Shown here: piece after piece, positions 15,506 to 23,799 of the stretch
How the letters are laid out: each line of letters opens with the position of its first letter
How positions within the stretch are numbered: the first letter of the stretch is position 1
Virus record (IMG/VR): IMGVR_UViG_3300044912_000492
Span: 1-64,000 of that record
Source: a virus
Length of the DNA stretch: 64,000 nt
Reading direction: 5' to 3' (one strand)
Program-made: the position numbers and the translations under genes
The notes under the pieces: generated by a model
Seen by the model: the letters and a program-made list of their open reading frames with translations, nothing else
The model's database searches: none
Told to the model about the DNA's origin: nothing

Positions 15506-16676
15506 TTACAATCCCCACGATCGCCATAATATCAAGCTACATTTGCAGATTACTTTGCTACAGCCACTCTCACATATCAGTGAATCGGTAGGCAATCAGA
15601 CGAATTTACGCACGATGAAAGTGACAGACTTAGAGGGGAATCCCTCTGAGGTGTTTTGCCTATCTGGCAACTCCCTACGCAATCGTATTTTAAGGCGATG
15701 CGGTATTGATTCCTTCCTATCTCAAATCGGTGTACAAGTATCGCCAACGATGCACCATGCTTTATTTTGTGGCGGCGCGATTGATGGAGGCACGGGCAAC
15801 GATTTGGATTTGGATAAAAAGATCCGTCAGCTTTTGCCATGCCTATCAGTACTAGGAACTGCAAAACCAAAAGGCTTGTTTGGTGTTGGTGATGCTCAGA
15901 TGGTGCATGGTCGGATCGCCGTTGGTGATGCGTATCTTGCCTGTGTAGAGAGCGCTGAATACATCTATCGACAATTTCCACCTGCGTTACCCATTGATGT
16001 TATTTCGGCGTTAGAGCAGATCGTTGATGGCAAGGATTTACAGCACTCGCAACGGGTTAATCAATGGCTAGGGATTGATACTAAAGTCAATCAATACGAT
16101 CTCAAGGCTTTGCTTGATGAGTGGCTCCCATACTTAGGTGAGAAGTTGCGATATTACTCCGATTGGCTTACCTACAGCCAAAAAACGCGGCGCGATTCTC
16201 TTCACGATCCTAACTTTGCTAAGCACTTGATTGGTGCTAGTCCACAGCCAAAAATCGGACAGGGCGATCTTTTTGTAGTAGCTGATGATTCCCCCAAAAA
16301 GAAGCCAGAAAAAGAGAAATCGCAACAAATGATCATGGGTAATTGGCTACTCCAAACAGGTGCTACCTTATACAGCTATTGGAGCGCAAACGTCACCAGA
16401 ATCGAAGAAGGATTTATTGCTGATGCGTTACTCAAGTTTGCTGAATCGCCATATTTAGGCGGTCAATCTGGAACAGGTTGCGGATTATGCTCTATGCAAT
16501 TTTGGTTTGAGACTGCTGACGGTGATCGCGGCGAGTTTATGACAATTACACCTCACGCGCAAAAACTAAGCGATCGCGCTTCTGAATCTCATGCAAGGTA
16601 TAAAGAATATCTTGAAGATTACAAAGGGTTTCTAGCTGATTCCAAGAGCGATATCAGGAGTTTACTTAATGGGTAG
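15498..16676 (+). CDS. csf2: RAMP protein, Cas7 (Csf2)-like (392 aa)
   Basis: - N-terminal strand ITLLQPLSHISESVG.
- SGNSLRNRILRR at aa 56-67 (compare GSSLRG.LR of Csm3/Cmr4/Csf2).
- C-terminal glycine loop PYLGGQSGTGCGL. Confidence 0.6.
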   Translation: MLNYNPHDRHNIKLHLQITLLQPLSHISESVGNQTNLRTMKVTDLEGNPSEVFCLSGNSLRNRILRRCGIDSFLSQIGVQVSPTMHHALFCGGAIDGGTGNDLDLDKKIRQLLPCLSVLGTAKPKGLFGVGDAQMVHGRIAVGDAYLACVESAEYIYRQFPPALPIDVISALEQIVDGKDLQHSQRVNQWLGIDTKVNQYDLKALLDEWLPYLGEKLRYYSDWLTYSQKTRRDSLHDPNFAKHLIGASPQPKIGQGDLFVVADDSPKKKPEKEKSQQMIMGNWLLQTGATLYSYWSANVTRIEEGFIADALLKFAESPYLGGQSGTGCGLCSMQFWFETADGDRGEFMTITPHAQKLSDRASESHARYKEYLEDYKGFLADSKSDIRSLLNG

Positions 16677-16678
16677 TA

Positions 16679-16721
16679 CAAACTATTTTAATTTATGTAT
16701 TGCATAAATTAAAATAGTTTG
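16679..16721. promoter_or_regulatory. perfect 19-bp-arm AT-rich palindrome
   Basis: CAAACTATTTTAATTTATG-tattg-CATAAATTAAAATAGTTTG begins 3 nt after the cas7-like stop. No T-run follows. Confidence 0.6.
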
Positions 16722-16787
16722 CTATATTGATATTCATGAGGCAAGGGCAGCCACCCAAACCTCACTCAAACCCACTAACACAAAGCC

Positions 16788-17333
16788 ATGAACACCAGCC
16801 AAATCGCACAAATCGCAACCTCACTCAATGTCTCCCCAAACCAAATCAAAAGAGCCGAAGAATGGGCAAACGTTTTGTTCGTTGTGGTTGTTGGCAAGGG
16901 CTCTCGATTCGTATCCAAAAAGGTATTAAAAATGGAAATGACCCAAATGACCCGTTCGCAATTAGCCAAGAAGATCGCTGCCGATCTAGATTGTACTACC
17001 AAAATCTGGGAAAAAGGCGGCAAAGTCCGAGTTTATCTTTCCCATCGCGGCAAAGATTACGGATTTGTTGAAATCACCGCTAAGGGCGTAGAATTTGCGC
17101 TCACGGGCTATGCAAATAACGCTTATGGCTCCGATATCCGCAATTCGGCTGAGGGCATTGAAATCAACGAACCATCAGCAGTTGTAGGCGATGTCCGCCG
17201 CCTTACCAGTGAAGAAGCCGACCAACTAGCGGCAATGTCTCGCGGCAAAGCTAACGACACCGAACGCGCTCTAAATGCCATGTATGGCAGAGGCGGATGG
17301 GATCATTGGGATCGTGAAGATTACGAAGGTTAG
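16788..17333 (+). CDS. hypothetical protein (181 aa) between cas7-like and cas5-like genes
   Basis: Longest of three overlapping frames here; no motif recognised. Confidence 0.5.
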   Translation: MNTSQIAQIATSLNVSPNQIKRAEEWANVLFVVVVGKGSRFVSKKVLKMEMTQMTRSQLAKKIAADLDCTTKIWEKGGKVRVYLSHRGKDYGFVEITAKGVEFALTGYANNAYGSDIRNSAEGIEINEPSAVVGDVRRLTSEEADQLAAMSRGKANDTERALNAMYGRGGWDHWDREDYEG

Positions 17334-17392
17334 AGACGAAGCGCCGCCCGTAGCGTCTAATACGGATAGTAAATATTATTCAAACAAAAAAA

Positions 17393-17563
17393 ATGAAAAG
17401 CTATCAAGAAGTACAGACTGAAGCAATTGCAATCTATGGATCTAATATTGCAGTTTTGCCAAAAGGTAGAAATGTTTTTGCATCCCGCGCCCAAGCATTC
17501 CTTTCATATTTAGGAGAGATCCAAGATGGTGAAGGGCATTCATATTTAATCTATAAAAAATAA
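17393..17563 (+). CDS. small protein (56 aa, below track cutoff)
   Basis: MKSYQEVQTEAIAIYGSNIAVLPKGRNVFASRAQAFLSYLGEIQDGEGHSYLIYKK; the TAATG junction couples it to 17563..17760. Confidence 0.45.
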   Translation: MKSYQEVQTEAIAIYGSNIAVLPKGRNVFASRAQAFLSYLGEIQDGEGHSYLIYKK

Positions 17564-17760
17564 TGCCAGACCCTACCCCTCGCAATCCCAAAGGGGCAGG
17601 GCGCAAGCCTAGCCCCGACGAACCGAAACCCACCCAGAGTTTTCGCTCCGATCCAGACATCAAAACCTATCTTGCCACCATCCCTACAGGCGAAAAAACC
17701 AGAATCATCAATCAAGCAATCAGAGAGTATATATTGAGGCAAAACCAATCACATGATTAA
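17563..17760 (+). CDS. small DNA-binding protein, GRP-motif family (65 aa)
   Basis: GAGRKPSPDEPKP arm followed by IPTGEKTRIINQAIREYI; paralogous in architecture to 7540..7752. Its stop overlaps the cas5-like start. Confidence 0.5.
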   Translation: MPDPTPRNPKGAGRKPSPDEPKPTQSFRSDPDIKTYLATIPTGEKTRIINQAIREYILRQNQSHD

Positions 17761-18436
17761 TCTTCAAATAATCGCGCACATGGCAACGCCTCTCTTTGCC
17801 TATGATGATTGGTCGCCTAGCTTTGATGCTCTCATTGAATATCAATTGCTCGACTCACTAGGATTGATAGAGCCTAATCCCACAGAGGCAAGCATTATTA
17901 AAAATCTGCCATTGCTATTTGAGCAAATGCCGATCGCCCGAAAGATGCTAAATGGTGAATGGTATTGGGCGGTAAGCTCACCTCATTACATTGAAAATCA
18001 TCAGCAAATTTCGCAATATGTAAAGCGCTGGGATAAGCAAGAATTACACCTTGATTTAAAAGGGAAACGCGGTAAATTTAGTGGTAGTGAAGGGCATTTT
18101 AAAGCTTATAAACTACCTAAATACAACCGCGAAATGCAGACTATCCACTGGTTTTGTATTGGCGATGCAAATAAGATTAGTCAACTGATTCTAAATGTTT
18201 CGCACCTTGGCAAGAAGCGATCGCAAGGGTGCGGACAAGTCCATAAATGGGAGGTGCTACCGTTTGAGCATGATTGGCATTTGTGGCGCGGCGATAGTTT
18301 AGCCAGACCTATACCAGTTGGGATGATTGAGCCGCCTCAAGCTATTAATATGATGAACTGGGGATGGCGACCGCCTACATGGTTGGCTGCTAATAAATCT
18401 ATGTGCTATATGCCAACGGACAACGTATGTCGATAA
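17753..18436 (+). CDS. csf3: RAMP protein, Cas5 (Csf3)-like (227 aa)
   Basis: Glycine-rich loop HLGKKRSQGCGQV near the C-terminus; N-terminal strand LQIIAHMATPLF. Size and cysH adjacency fit Csf3, but it could alternatively be Cas6-like. Confidence 0.5.
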   Translation: MINLQIIAHMATPLFAYDDWSPSFDALIEYQLLDSLGLIEPNPTEASIIKNLPLLFEQMPIARKMLNGEWYWAVSSPHYIENHQQISQYVKRWDKQELHLDLKGKRGKFSGSEGHFKAYKLPKYNREMQTIHWFCIGDANKISQLILNVSHLGKKRSQGCGQVHKWEVLPFEHDWHLWRGDSLARPIPVGMIEPPQAINMMNWGWRPPTWLAANKSMCYMPTDNVCR

Positions 18437-19176
18437 CTTTTGGTAGTGGACTAAATGCTAGATGGCTAACACGTAAACGCGACAATGCGATCGCCCTAAT
18501 TACTGAATGGTTAAAGCTTTGCGATTATCAAGTTTACGGCTCTATTTCGGGCGGCAAAGATTCGCTAGTTATGGCGCATCTGATTAGAGAAGTTTATCCA
18601 GATTGTCCGTTTCTATGGGTAAATCAAGGACATTTAGCCGAATGGGATGATTGCGTAGAATTGCTTTATTACCTACGAGATGAACTCAAATGGAACATCA
18701 TAGAACTATGCCCACCATTGGGATTGATGCAGCTTTACCGCAAATTAGGTATGAGTTTTGATGGTCAGTTCAATGCTCTTGATAAAAAACAATGTCATGA
18801 ACTTTTGCTATATCCGCTAAATGAATGGGCGGAAATGCATAACGCAAAAGGCTATGCATGGGGACTAAGGCAAGAGTCTAGAGGGCGCAAAGAATATTTG
18901 CGGTCTAACGGTTTGCTTTACACAAAGAAAGATGGAATCGTTATTTGCTCTCCTATTGGCTTTTGGAAAACTGAGGATATTTGGCATTACATAGATTGGC
19001 AAAAGCTACCCTATGCCACTATTTACGATGTCGAAGGGCGCATGACTTTCCGTAATGGATGCCCTATCGATACAGCGCTTTCTAACTGGGGGCGTATGGC
19101 ACACCTAAGAAAGAATTACCCCAAGATTTATTTTGAATTTGCTGAGCTATTTCCAGAGGTAAAAAACTATGCTTAA
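18427..19176 (+). CDS. cysH: CysH-like PAPS-reductase-family PP-loop enzyme (249 aa)
   Basis: PP-loop SISGGKDS (SGGxDS). ATG 18427 overlaps the cas5-like stop by 10 nt (alternative start 18403). Confidence 0.75.
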   Translation: MSITFGSGLNARWLTRKRDNAIALITEWLKLCDYQVYGSISGGKDSLVMAHLIREVYPDCPFLWVNQGHLAEWDDCVELLYYLRDELKWNIIELCPPLGLMQLYRKLGMSFDGQFNALDKKQCHELLLYPLNEWAEMHNAKGYAWGLRQESRGRKEYLRSNGLLYTKKDGIVICSPIGFWKTEDIWHYIDWQKLPYATIYDVEGRMTFRNGCPIDTALSNWGRMAHLRKNYPKIYFEFAELFPEVKNYA

Positions 19177-19810
19177 TTTTGACGATATCTCTATTGTGAT
19201 TCGTACCGTATCAGCACATAGAATGCACTTACTGCAAAGATTGCAACAACAATTGAAGCCTCTTGATTTTGTCATTTCTGATAGGTCGGACAGACAAAAC
19301 ACCTATGCTGATGATTGGTTTAATGCAATGCGTAAAGGTCAAGATCAATCTAAAAAATGGCTAATCCATCTAGAAGATGACGCTTTTCTGTCACCTGATT
19401 GGAAGGTAAGCGTATTAAACCTTTTAAATCAAATCCCTTTAGATATTAAGGTCTGTTCGTTTTATTCTGGGAAAAGAATGAAGCAAGAATTTGAACATTT
19501 ATCTAAACCACATTGGGAATACTTGCGTGGATCGTCTTTCTTTATGCACCAATGCACGACTTGGAAAATGGAGTACGTTGATTATTTTGTTGATGGAATA
19601 AAAAGCCAATGGGCTTCACATCCTGAATACAGAAAAATTGATTTTATTGATCAAGCCTTAATGGATTTTATGGTACAAAAAAAAGAAAAGTTTGCGCGAG
19701 TTTTCCCTAGTTTAGTCCAACACACAGGCGACAAAAGTTTGATTGGTCATGCAAACAGTAAAAGTCGTCAATCATCTAGTTTCACCTATTTTTATGGAGA
19801 TACACCTTAA
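19169..19810 (+). CDS. glycosyltransferase-like protein (213 aa)
   Basis: ISIVIRTVS N-terminal strand and IHLEDDAFLSPDW (an EDD DxD-type motif), as in GT-A/GT25-like enzymes. Overlaps cysH by 8 nt. Confidence 0.4.
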   Translation: MLNFDDISIVIRTVSAHRMHLLQRLQQQLKPLDFVISDRSDRQNTYADDWFNAMRKGQDQSKKWLIHLEDDAFLSPDWKVSVLNLLNQIPLDIKVCSFYSGKRMKQEFEHLSKPHWEYLRGSSFFMHQCTTWKMEYVDYFVDGIKSQWASHPEYRKIDFIDQALMDFMVQKKEKFARVFPSLVQHTGDKSLIGHANSKSRQSSSFTYFYGDTP

Positions 19811-20283
19811 TGCCATTCATTAAAAAAGGAACATTGCTAGAAGATTGGCAGACAGCTAATCCTATAACTTTATTAGGCGATTTAGAATTGCCAGAATTGC
19901 CATCACTAAATAATTTTATTCAAAAAGAATATGGCGATCGCAACGGTGTAAAAGCAATCAATTACAACCGCAAAGACAAGAGCGCTCCTTATTTTGTTTG
20001 TTGCCGTGGCGCATGGAGAATGCACACAGATCCAGGGTACAACCGATATGCACATCATGTAGTTTTAATGACTTGTAATGCAAAACTAACGGGCTATGCC
20101 GATAATTATGTTGTTAGAGTAGGACAAGCTTTAATTATTGATTCTCATTCTCCCCACGCTTTAATGTCAATCGATCCTACTGAAGAAACATTTTTTTTAT
20201 CTTTAGCTCAAGATTTAACAGAAAAAAATACTAATTTCATTAAAACAATTGACATTGAGAAATATTTAAATGAAATCAAATAA
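19810..20283 (+). CDS. possible cupin / 2OG-Fe(II)-dioxygenase-like protein (157 aa)
   Basis: WRMHTDPGY (HxD) and a downstream IIDSHSPHAL (distal His) suggest a facial-triad arrangement. TAATG-coupled to the GT-like gene. Confidence 0.3.
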   Translation: MPFIKKGTLLEDWQTANPITLLGDLELPELPSLNNFIQKEYGDRNGVKAINYNRKDKSAPYFVCCRGAWRMHTDPGYNRYAHHVVLMTCNAKLTGYADNYVVRVGQALIIDSHSPHALMSIDPTEETFFLSLAQDLTEKNTNFIKTIDIEKYLNEIK

Positions 20284-20944
20284 CTGCTATCTTTGCGCCG
20301 CCCCTAACGCGACAAAACCTTTAGCCCTTAAGAACACCTTTACAAGTCATAATGCCGCTAGATGTCCTGATTCTAAGTATCTATGCGATCGCTGTGCATG
20401 GTGTATTCCGTTAAGGGCTTTTTATTGGAATGAAACCAAGGGTAAGTACAGCGCGATCTATTCCCGCAACTGGTCATGGTTACTTTCTGCTAATGATGCT
20501 TACGGCTCTTATCCTAAATTTGGTAATCAACATACTGAAGGGAAAGACACGCTAGAGATAGTTGATCGCCTTCCTACTCGCTCTCAAATTAGGGCATGGT
20601 TGCTTGATCCACCAAAGCCGCCCTTCACTATTTGCATTGCCGAATCAGGGCAAAAGCATATATTACCGTGGGCACTAGAAGCCAATAATCGCGATTATTT
20701 TCCAGTGCAATTTGAGCTTGATACTTTGCACATTTATCGATCTGCTTTTACCCATTTGCTCACACGATATGAAGAGCTTATGGCTATGGGATTTAGCAAA
20801 ACTGAAATCAATAGCGGTAACTATCGAAGCGACAAATTAGCTAAGTGCATCAGTGAATATGCATCATGTGAGGCTGTGATTGCTGCTAAACGTGGTAATC
20901 GGTTGCTGGATTTGGTAAGCTATGTCGCAAAAGTATCAGAGTAA
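20270..20944 (+). CDS. csf1: Zn-finger protein, Csf1 (small Cas8)-like (224 aa)
   Basis: N-terminal CYLC (aa 6-9) plus C-x6-CDRCAWC cluster (aa 33-45). Size and operon context fit type IV Csf1. Confidence 0.4.
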   Translation: MKSNNCYLCAAPNATKPLALKNTFTSHNAARCPDSKYLCDRCAWCIPLRAFYWNETKGKYSAIYSRNWSWLLSANDAYGSYPKFGNQHTEGKDTLEIVDRLPTRSQIRAWLLDPPKPPFTICIAESGQKHILPWALEANNRDYFPVQFELDTLHIYRSAFTHLLTRYEELMAMGFSKTEINSGNYRSDKLAKCISEYASCEAVIAAKRGNRLLDLVSYVAKVSE

Positions 20945-20963
20945 GATATGGCAGACAGTAAAC

Positions 20964-21677
20964 ATGAAAAACTGTATATTTTGCAAGAAAGAATTTGATG
21001 AAGCTAAAACAAAACGGCTTTGCTGTACTAGATCATGTGCAGCAAAGTTTTCCACAGAAAAGAAAGGCGGATCAGCATGGAAACAAGAAGAGATCGAATA
21101 TCTTGAAGATAATCTTGGTGTTTTACCTTTTCCTGTATTGGTTAAATCCTTTAAGAAATGGTCTAAAAAACAAGGCTACTCAGAACGGACAGATACTGCG
21201 ATAGAAGTTCAAATCCATCGCATGACATCTAACTCGCCCTTAAGCCGCAAATGCACTGAAGACAATTTTACTGTGTACGAACTGTCGAGAGGGTTAGGCT
21301 TATCAATGGATCGGGTTCGCTTATTTGTCCGCAATGGGAAATTGCAACCCCGCAAAATTGCCAGAAATCAGAATGCAGTTAAACGTAAAGACGCGATCGC
21401 CTTGGTACTAAACAATCCATCGTATTTTGCTAACTGCGATCGCGATAATCTGTTTTGGCTATTGGAAGATAACAAACTGGTTGAGAAAGTGAAAAGTGTG
21501 GAACCATCAACTAGAGGTTTTCGCCGTGCTGTACGTTGTTATGCTCCTGATGGAATTAGAGAATATTCAGGCGTAAAAGAAGCAGCTAGGGCTAATTTTG
21601 TTACGCATAACTGTATATCCCAAGCGATCGCTAGGGGTGGCAAAAGCGCTGGTATAAAATGGGAATGGGTGGAGTGA
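20964..21677 (+). CDS. DNA-binding protein with NUMOD1/IENR-like C-terminal module (237 aa)
   Basis: ATG 20964 (MKNCIFCKK) lies 19 nt after the csf1-like stop. N-terminal Cys cluster; C-terminal YSGVKEAARANFVTHNCISQAIARGGKSAGIKWEWV. Confidence 0.5.
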   Translation: MKNCIFCKKEFDEAKTKRLCCTRSCAAKFSTEKKGGSAWKQEEIEYLEDNLGVLPFPVLVKSFKKWSKKQGYSERTDTAIEVQIHRMTSNSPLSRKCTEDNFTVYELSRGLGLSMDRVRLFVRNGKLQPRKIARNQNAVKRKDAIALVLNNPSYFANCDRDNLFWLLEDNKLVEKVKSVEPSTRGFRRAVRCYAPDGIREYSGVKEAARANFVTHNCISQAIARGGKSAGIKWEWVE

Positions 21678-21716
21678 TTATTGCTAAACTATTAGCAAAA
21701 TTACACTCACAAAATT

Positions 21717-22007
21717 ATGGCAGCTAAAAAAGATCCGCGCCTTGCTAAAGCTGGAGTTGATGGCTATAACAAACCAAAGCGCACTCCTAAGCATCCTACT
21801 AAGTCTCATGTAGTTGTCGCTAAAGAAGGTACAGAAGTGAAATTAATTCGTTTTGGTGAACAAAGTGCAGAGACAGCAGGGAAACCCAAAGAAGGTGAAT
21901 CTGAAGCGATGAAAGCTAAACGAGAAGCATTTAAAGCGCGTCATGCCAAGAATATCGCTAAAGGTAAGATGAGTGCAGCTTGGTGGTCTTCGGTTACGAA
22001 ATGGTGA
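21717..22007 (+). CDS. conserved basic hypothetical protein (96 aa)
   Basis: GYNKPKRTPKHPTKSHVVVAKEG...ARHAKNIAKGKMSAAWW; followed by a strong terminator. Confidence 0.55.
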   Translation: MAAKKDPRLAKAGVDGYNKPKRTPKHPTKSHVVVAKEGTEVKLIRFGEQSAETAGKPKEGESEAMKAKREAFKARHAKNIAKGKMSAAWWSSVTKW

Positions 22008-22009
22008 TC

Positions 22010-22052
22010 AAAAAAAAGGAGTTATTACGGATTGTAATAACTCCTTTTTTTT
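22010..22052. terminator. bidirectional rho-independent terminator
   Basis: AAAAAAAAGGAGTTATTAC-ggatt-GTAATAACTCCTTTTTTTT. Confidence 0.85.
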
Positions 22053-22171
22053 GATTCTGGTAATGCACTGAAAGCTATATGTATTAACAGATTGAGGCGA
22101 AAAAGTGGTAAAATATTAGAAGCGAATCGCAAGGTTTGAAGGTGCGATCGCTGAATCCACATTACCTAAAC

Positions 22172-23065
22172 ATGGTAGATAACATGGCTAAAGATATTAT
22201 TACATTAGATCGTAACGGAGTTCAGGTTGAGATCGAAGGGATCAAGGTTGACTTACCTATCAAAGCTATAAGGGATCTCCCTTTGGCTGGGGATGTCTAT
22301 TTGATTAAATGCTGTCAGTTTTACAAAATTGGCGCGTCTGCACAGATTAAAAAGAGGATCGCCGCTATCCAGTCTATCGTCCCGTTTGATGTTCAGATCA
22401 TTGATTCTTTTCTTTCGTGTGATGTTTTCCAAGACGAGAAAAAGATACATCGTTTATGTTCTGAGTTTAATGTCAAAAATGAGTGGTTTCTTTTGCCAGA
22501 TTCTTTTGTTAAAAATAGGGCAAGATGGTTTAAACCGTCTGTATCTCCAATCCCACAAATCAAACAAGGGATCGCCAAATATATGAAAGCGGTTGACGAT
22601 GAAAGCGGCGTTTTCTCAGAGCTAACAGGAAGTTTAATTTATAGACCTAAGCCCGACAAAGAACTCATGAGAAATTGTTTTTTACTAAACACTGAGATTA
22701 GTACTCAGATTATTGCGGCTCATTTCAATGTTGATGTAGCCGAAGTCCATAACAATCGCTATCGTGGCTTGTATCGCAAAAACGCAACTCAACTCAGAGA
22801 AGAAGCAGGGCTTAAAAAGTCTGAGACTCCTCTGGATCGCCTATCTGCTTATGACTTGAATTTAAACAGCTTGGCTAACCAAATGGCTTTGATGTCTGGT
22901 GATTCTGGTAAGGTGTTAGATGCGGCGATCGGGTTGCGTCAATTGCATGAGCAAACTGTCGGCAAACCATTAGAGCCAACATGGGAAGAAAAGCATTTAA
23001 GACCTAATCAAGCTAAAGCGATCGCCTATTCCCCTGAATACCAAACTGAGCTACCAGTAAGCTAA
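22172..23065 (+). CDS. T5orf172 (GIY-YIG-like) domain protein (297 aa)
   Basis: DVYLIKCCQFYKIGASAQIKKRIAAIQ...EKKIHRLCSEFNVKNEWFLLP matches the T5orf172/MUG113 pattern. First ATG is at 22172 (the track start 22136 is non-ATG). Confidence 0.6.
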   Translation: MVDNMAKDIITLDRNGVQVEIEGIKVDLPIKAIRDLPLAGDVYLIKCCQFYKIGASAQIKKRIAAIQSIVPFDVQIIDSFLSCDVFQDEKKIHRLCSEFNVKNEWFLLPDSFVKNRARWFKPSVSPIPQIKQGIAKYMKAVDDESGVFSELTGSLIYRPKPDKELMRNCFLLNTEISTQIIAAHFNVDVAEVHNNRYRGLYRKNATQLREEAGLKKSETPLDRLSAYDLNLNSLANQMALMSGDSGKVLDAAIGLRQLHEQTVGKPLEPTWEEKHLRPNQAKAIAYSPEYQTELPVS

Positions 23066-23141
23066 AATCATTCGCGCTCTGTGATAGCGATATCACAGAG
23101 CGCGATAATGCTAGAATCGCTGTAAATTCGTATGTTGATTT

Positions 23142-23789
23142 ATGCCAAAGAAAAAAGCTAAGCTCTCAGATTTTCGTATTCAAGAAAAAAATCTCAATAA
23201 ACACAAACCCCGTGGTATGGGACAGCTATCCAATATCATCTCAAAGGAAGGATGGCAGTCTGCAATCACTGTCGCGAACGACAATCAAGCATTTAGCGGT
23301 AGTGCAAGATTAGAGACAGCACAAGAGCTATTTGGTGATGAAGCAGAGCCTATCGTATTTGATATTGATGGTACACGCCCCGTAATCCTTAGACGGGTTG
23401 ATATTCCCACTGCTGACGATCCAAGGGCTATCAGATTAGGCATTGCAGATAATCGCATTAGTGAGGTTAACTACGATTTAGATATTGATCTACTACAAGA
23501 GACAGCGCAAATAATCGACATCAGCGATCTATATTTTGACGATGAACTTGCAAAATTAGCAGAGCAAAAGCAGGAAATCATCGACTATCAAGAGCCTGAT
23601 TTTCTCAAGTTTTCAGATAACAATGACTTACCAGCATACGCAACCGATCGCAGTGGTGGCAATAAGCAACCTATACCCATAGTCGTTGGTAGTCGCACTA
23701 TGCAAAGATGGAATGAATATAAGGAAAGTATTGGGATAAAAAATGATACGGCGGCGTTTGAAATGCTGCTAGAATCTCAAGAGATCTAA
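23142..23789 (+). CDS. ParB N-terminal (ParBc) nuclease-like domain protein (215 aa)
   Basis: NLNKHKPRGMGQLSNIISKEGWQSAITV...FSGSARLETAQEL...LGIADN pattern. Confidence 0.55.
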   Translation: MPKKKAKLSDFRIQEKNLNKHKPRGMGQLSNIISKEGWQSAITVANDNQAFSGSARLETAQELFGDEAEPIVFDIDGTRPVILRRVDIPTADDPRAIRLGIADNRISEVNYDLDIDLLQETAQIIDISDLYFDDELAKLAEQKQEIIDYQEPDFLKFSDNNDLPAYATDRSGGNKQPIPIVVGSRTMQRWNEYKESIGIKNDTAAFEMLLESQEI

Positions 23790-23799
23790 GGTGATTATT

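Noticed and set aside
15577-15981. Antisense or alternative-frame ORFs from the track. Examples: 15577..15981, 16134..16328, 16727..17071, 16775..17023, 17442..17748, 20995..21204, 22253..22586, 24678..24908, 26456..26740, 30803..31135, 31380..31680, 32807..33322, 40372..40644, 41636..42043, 55040..55850, 58109..58375, 62136..62333.
   Set aside because: Each lies wholly inside a longer ORF on the other strand or frame that has motifs, SD sites or operon coupling. Their compositions look like shadow ORFs.
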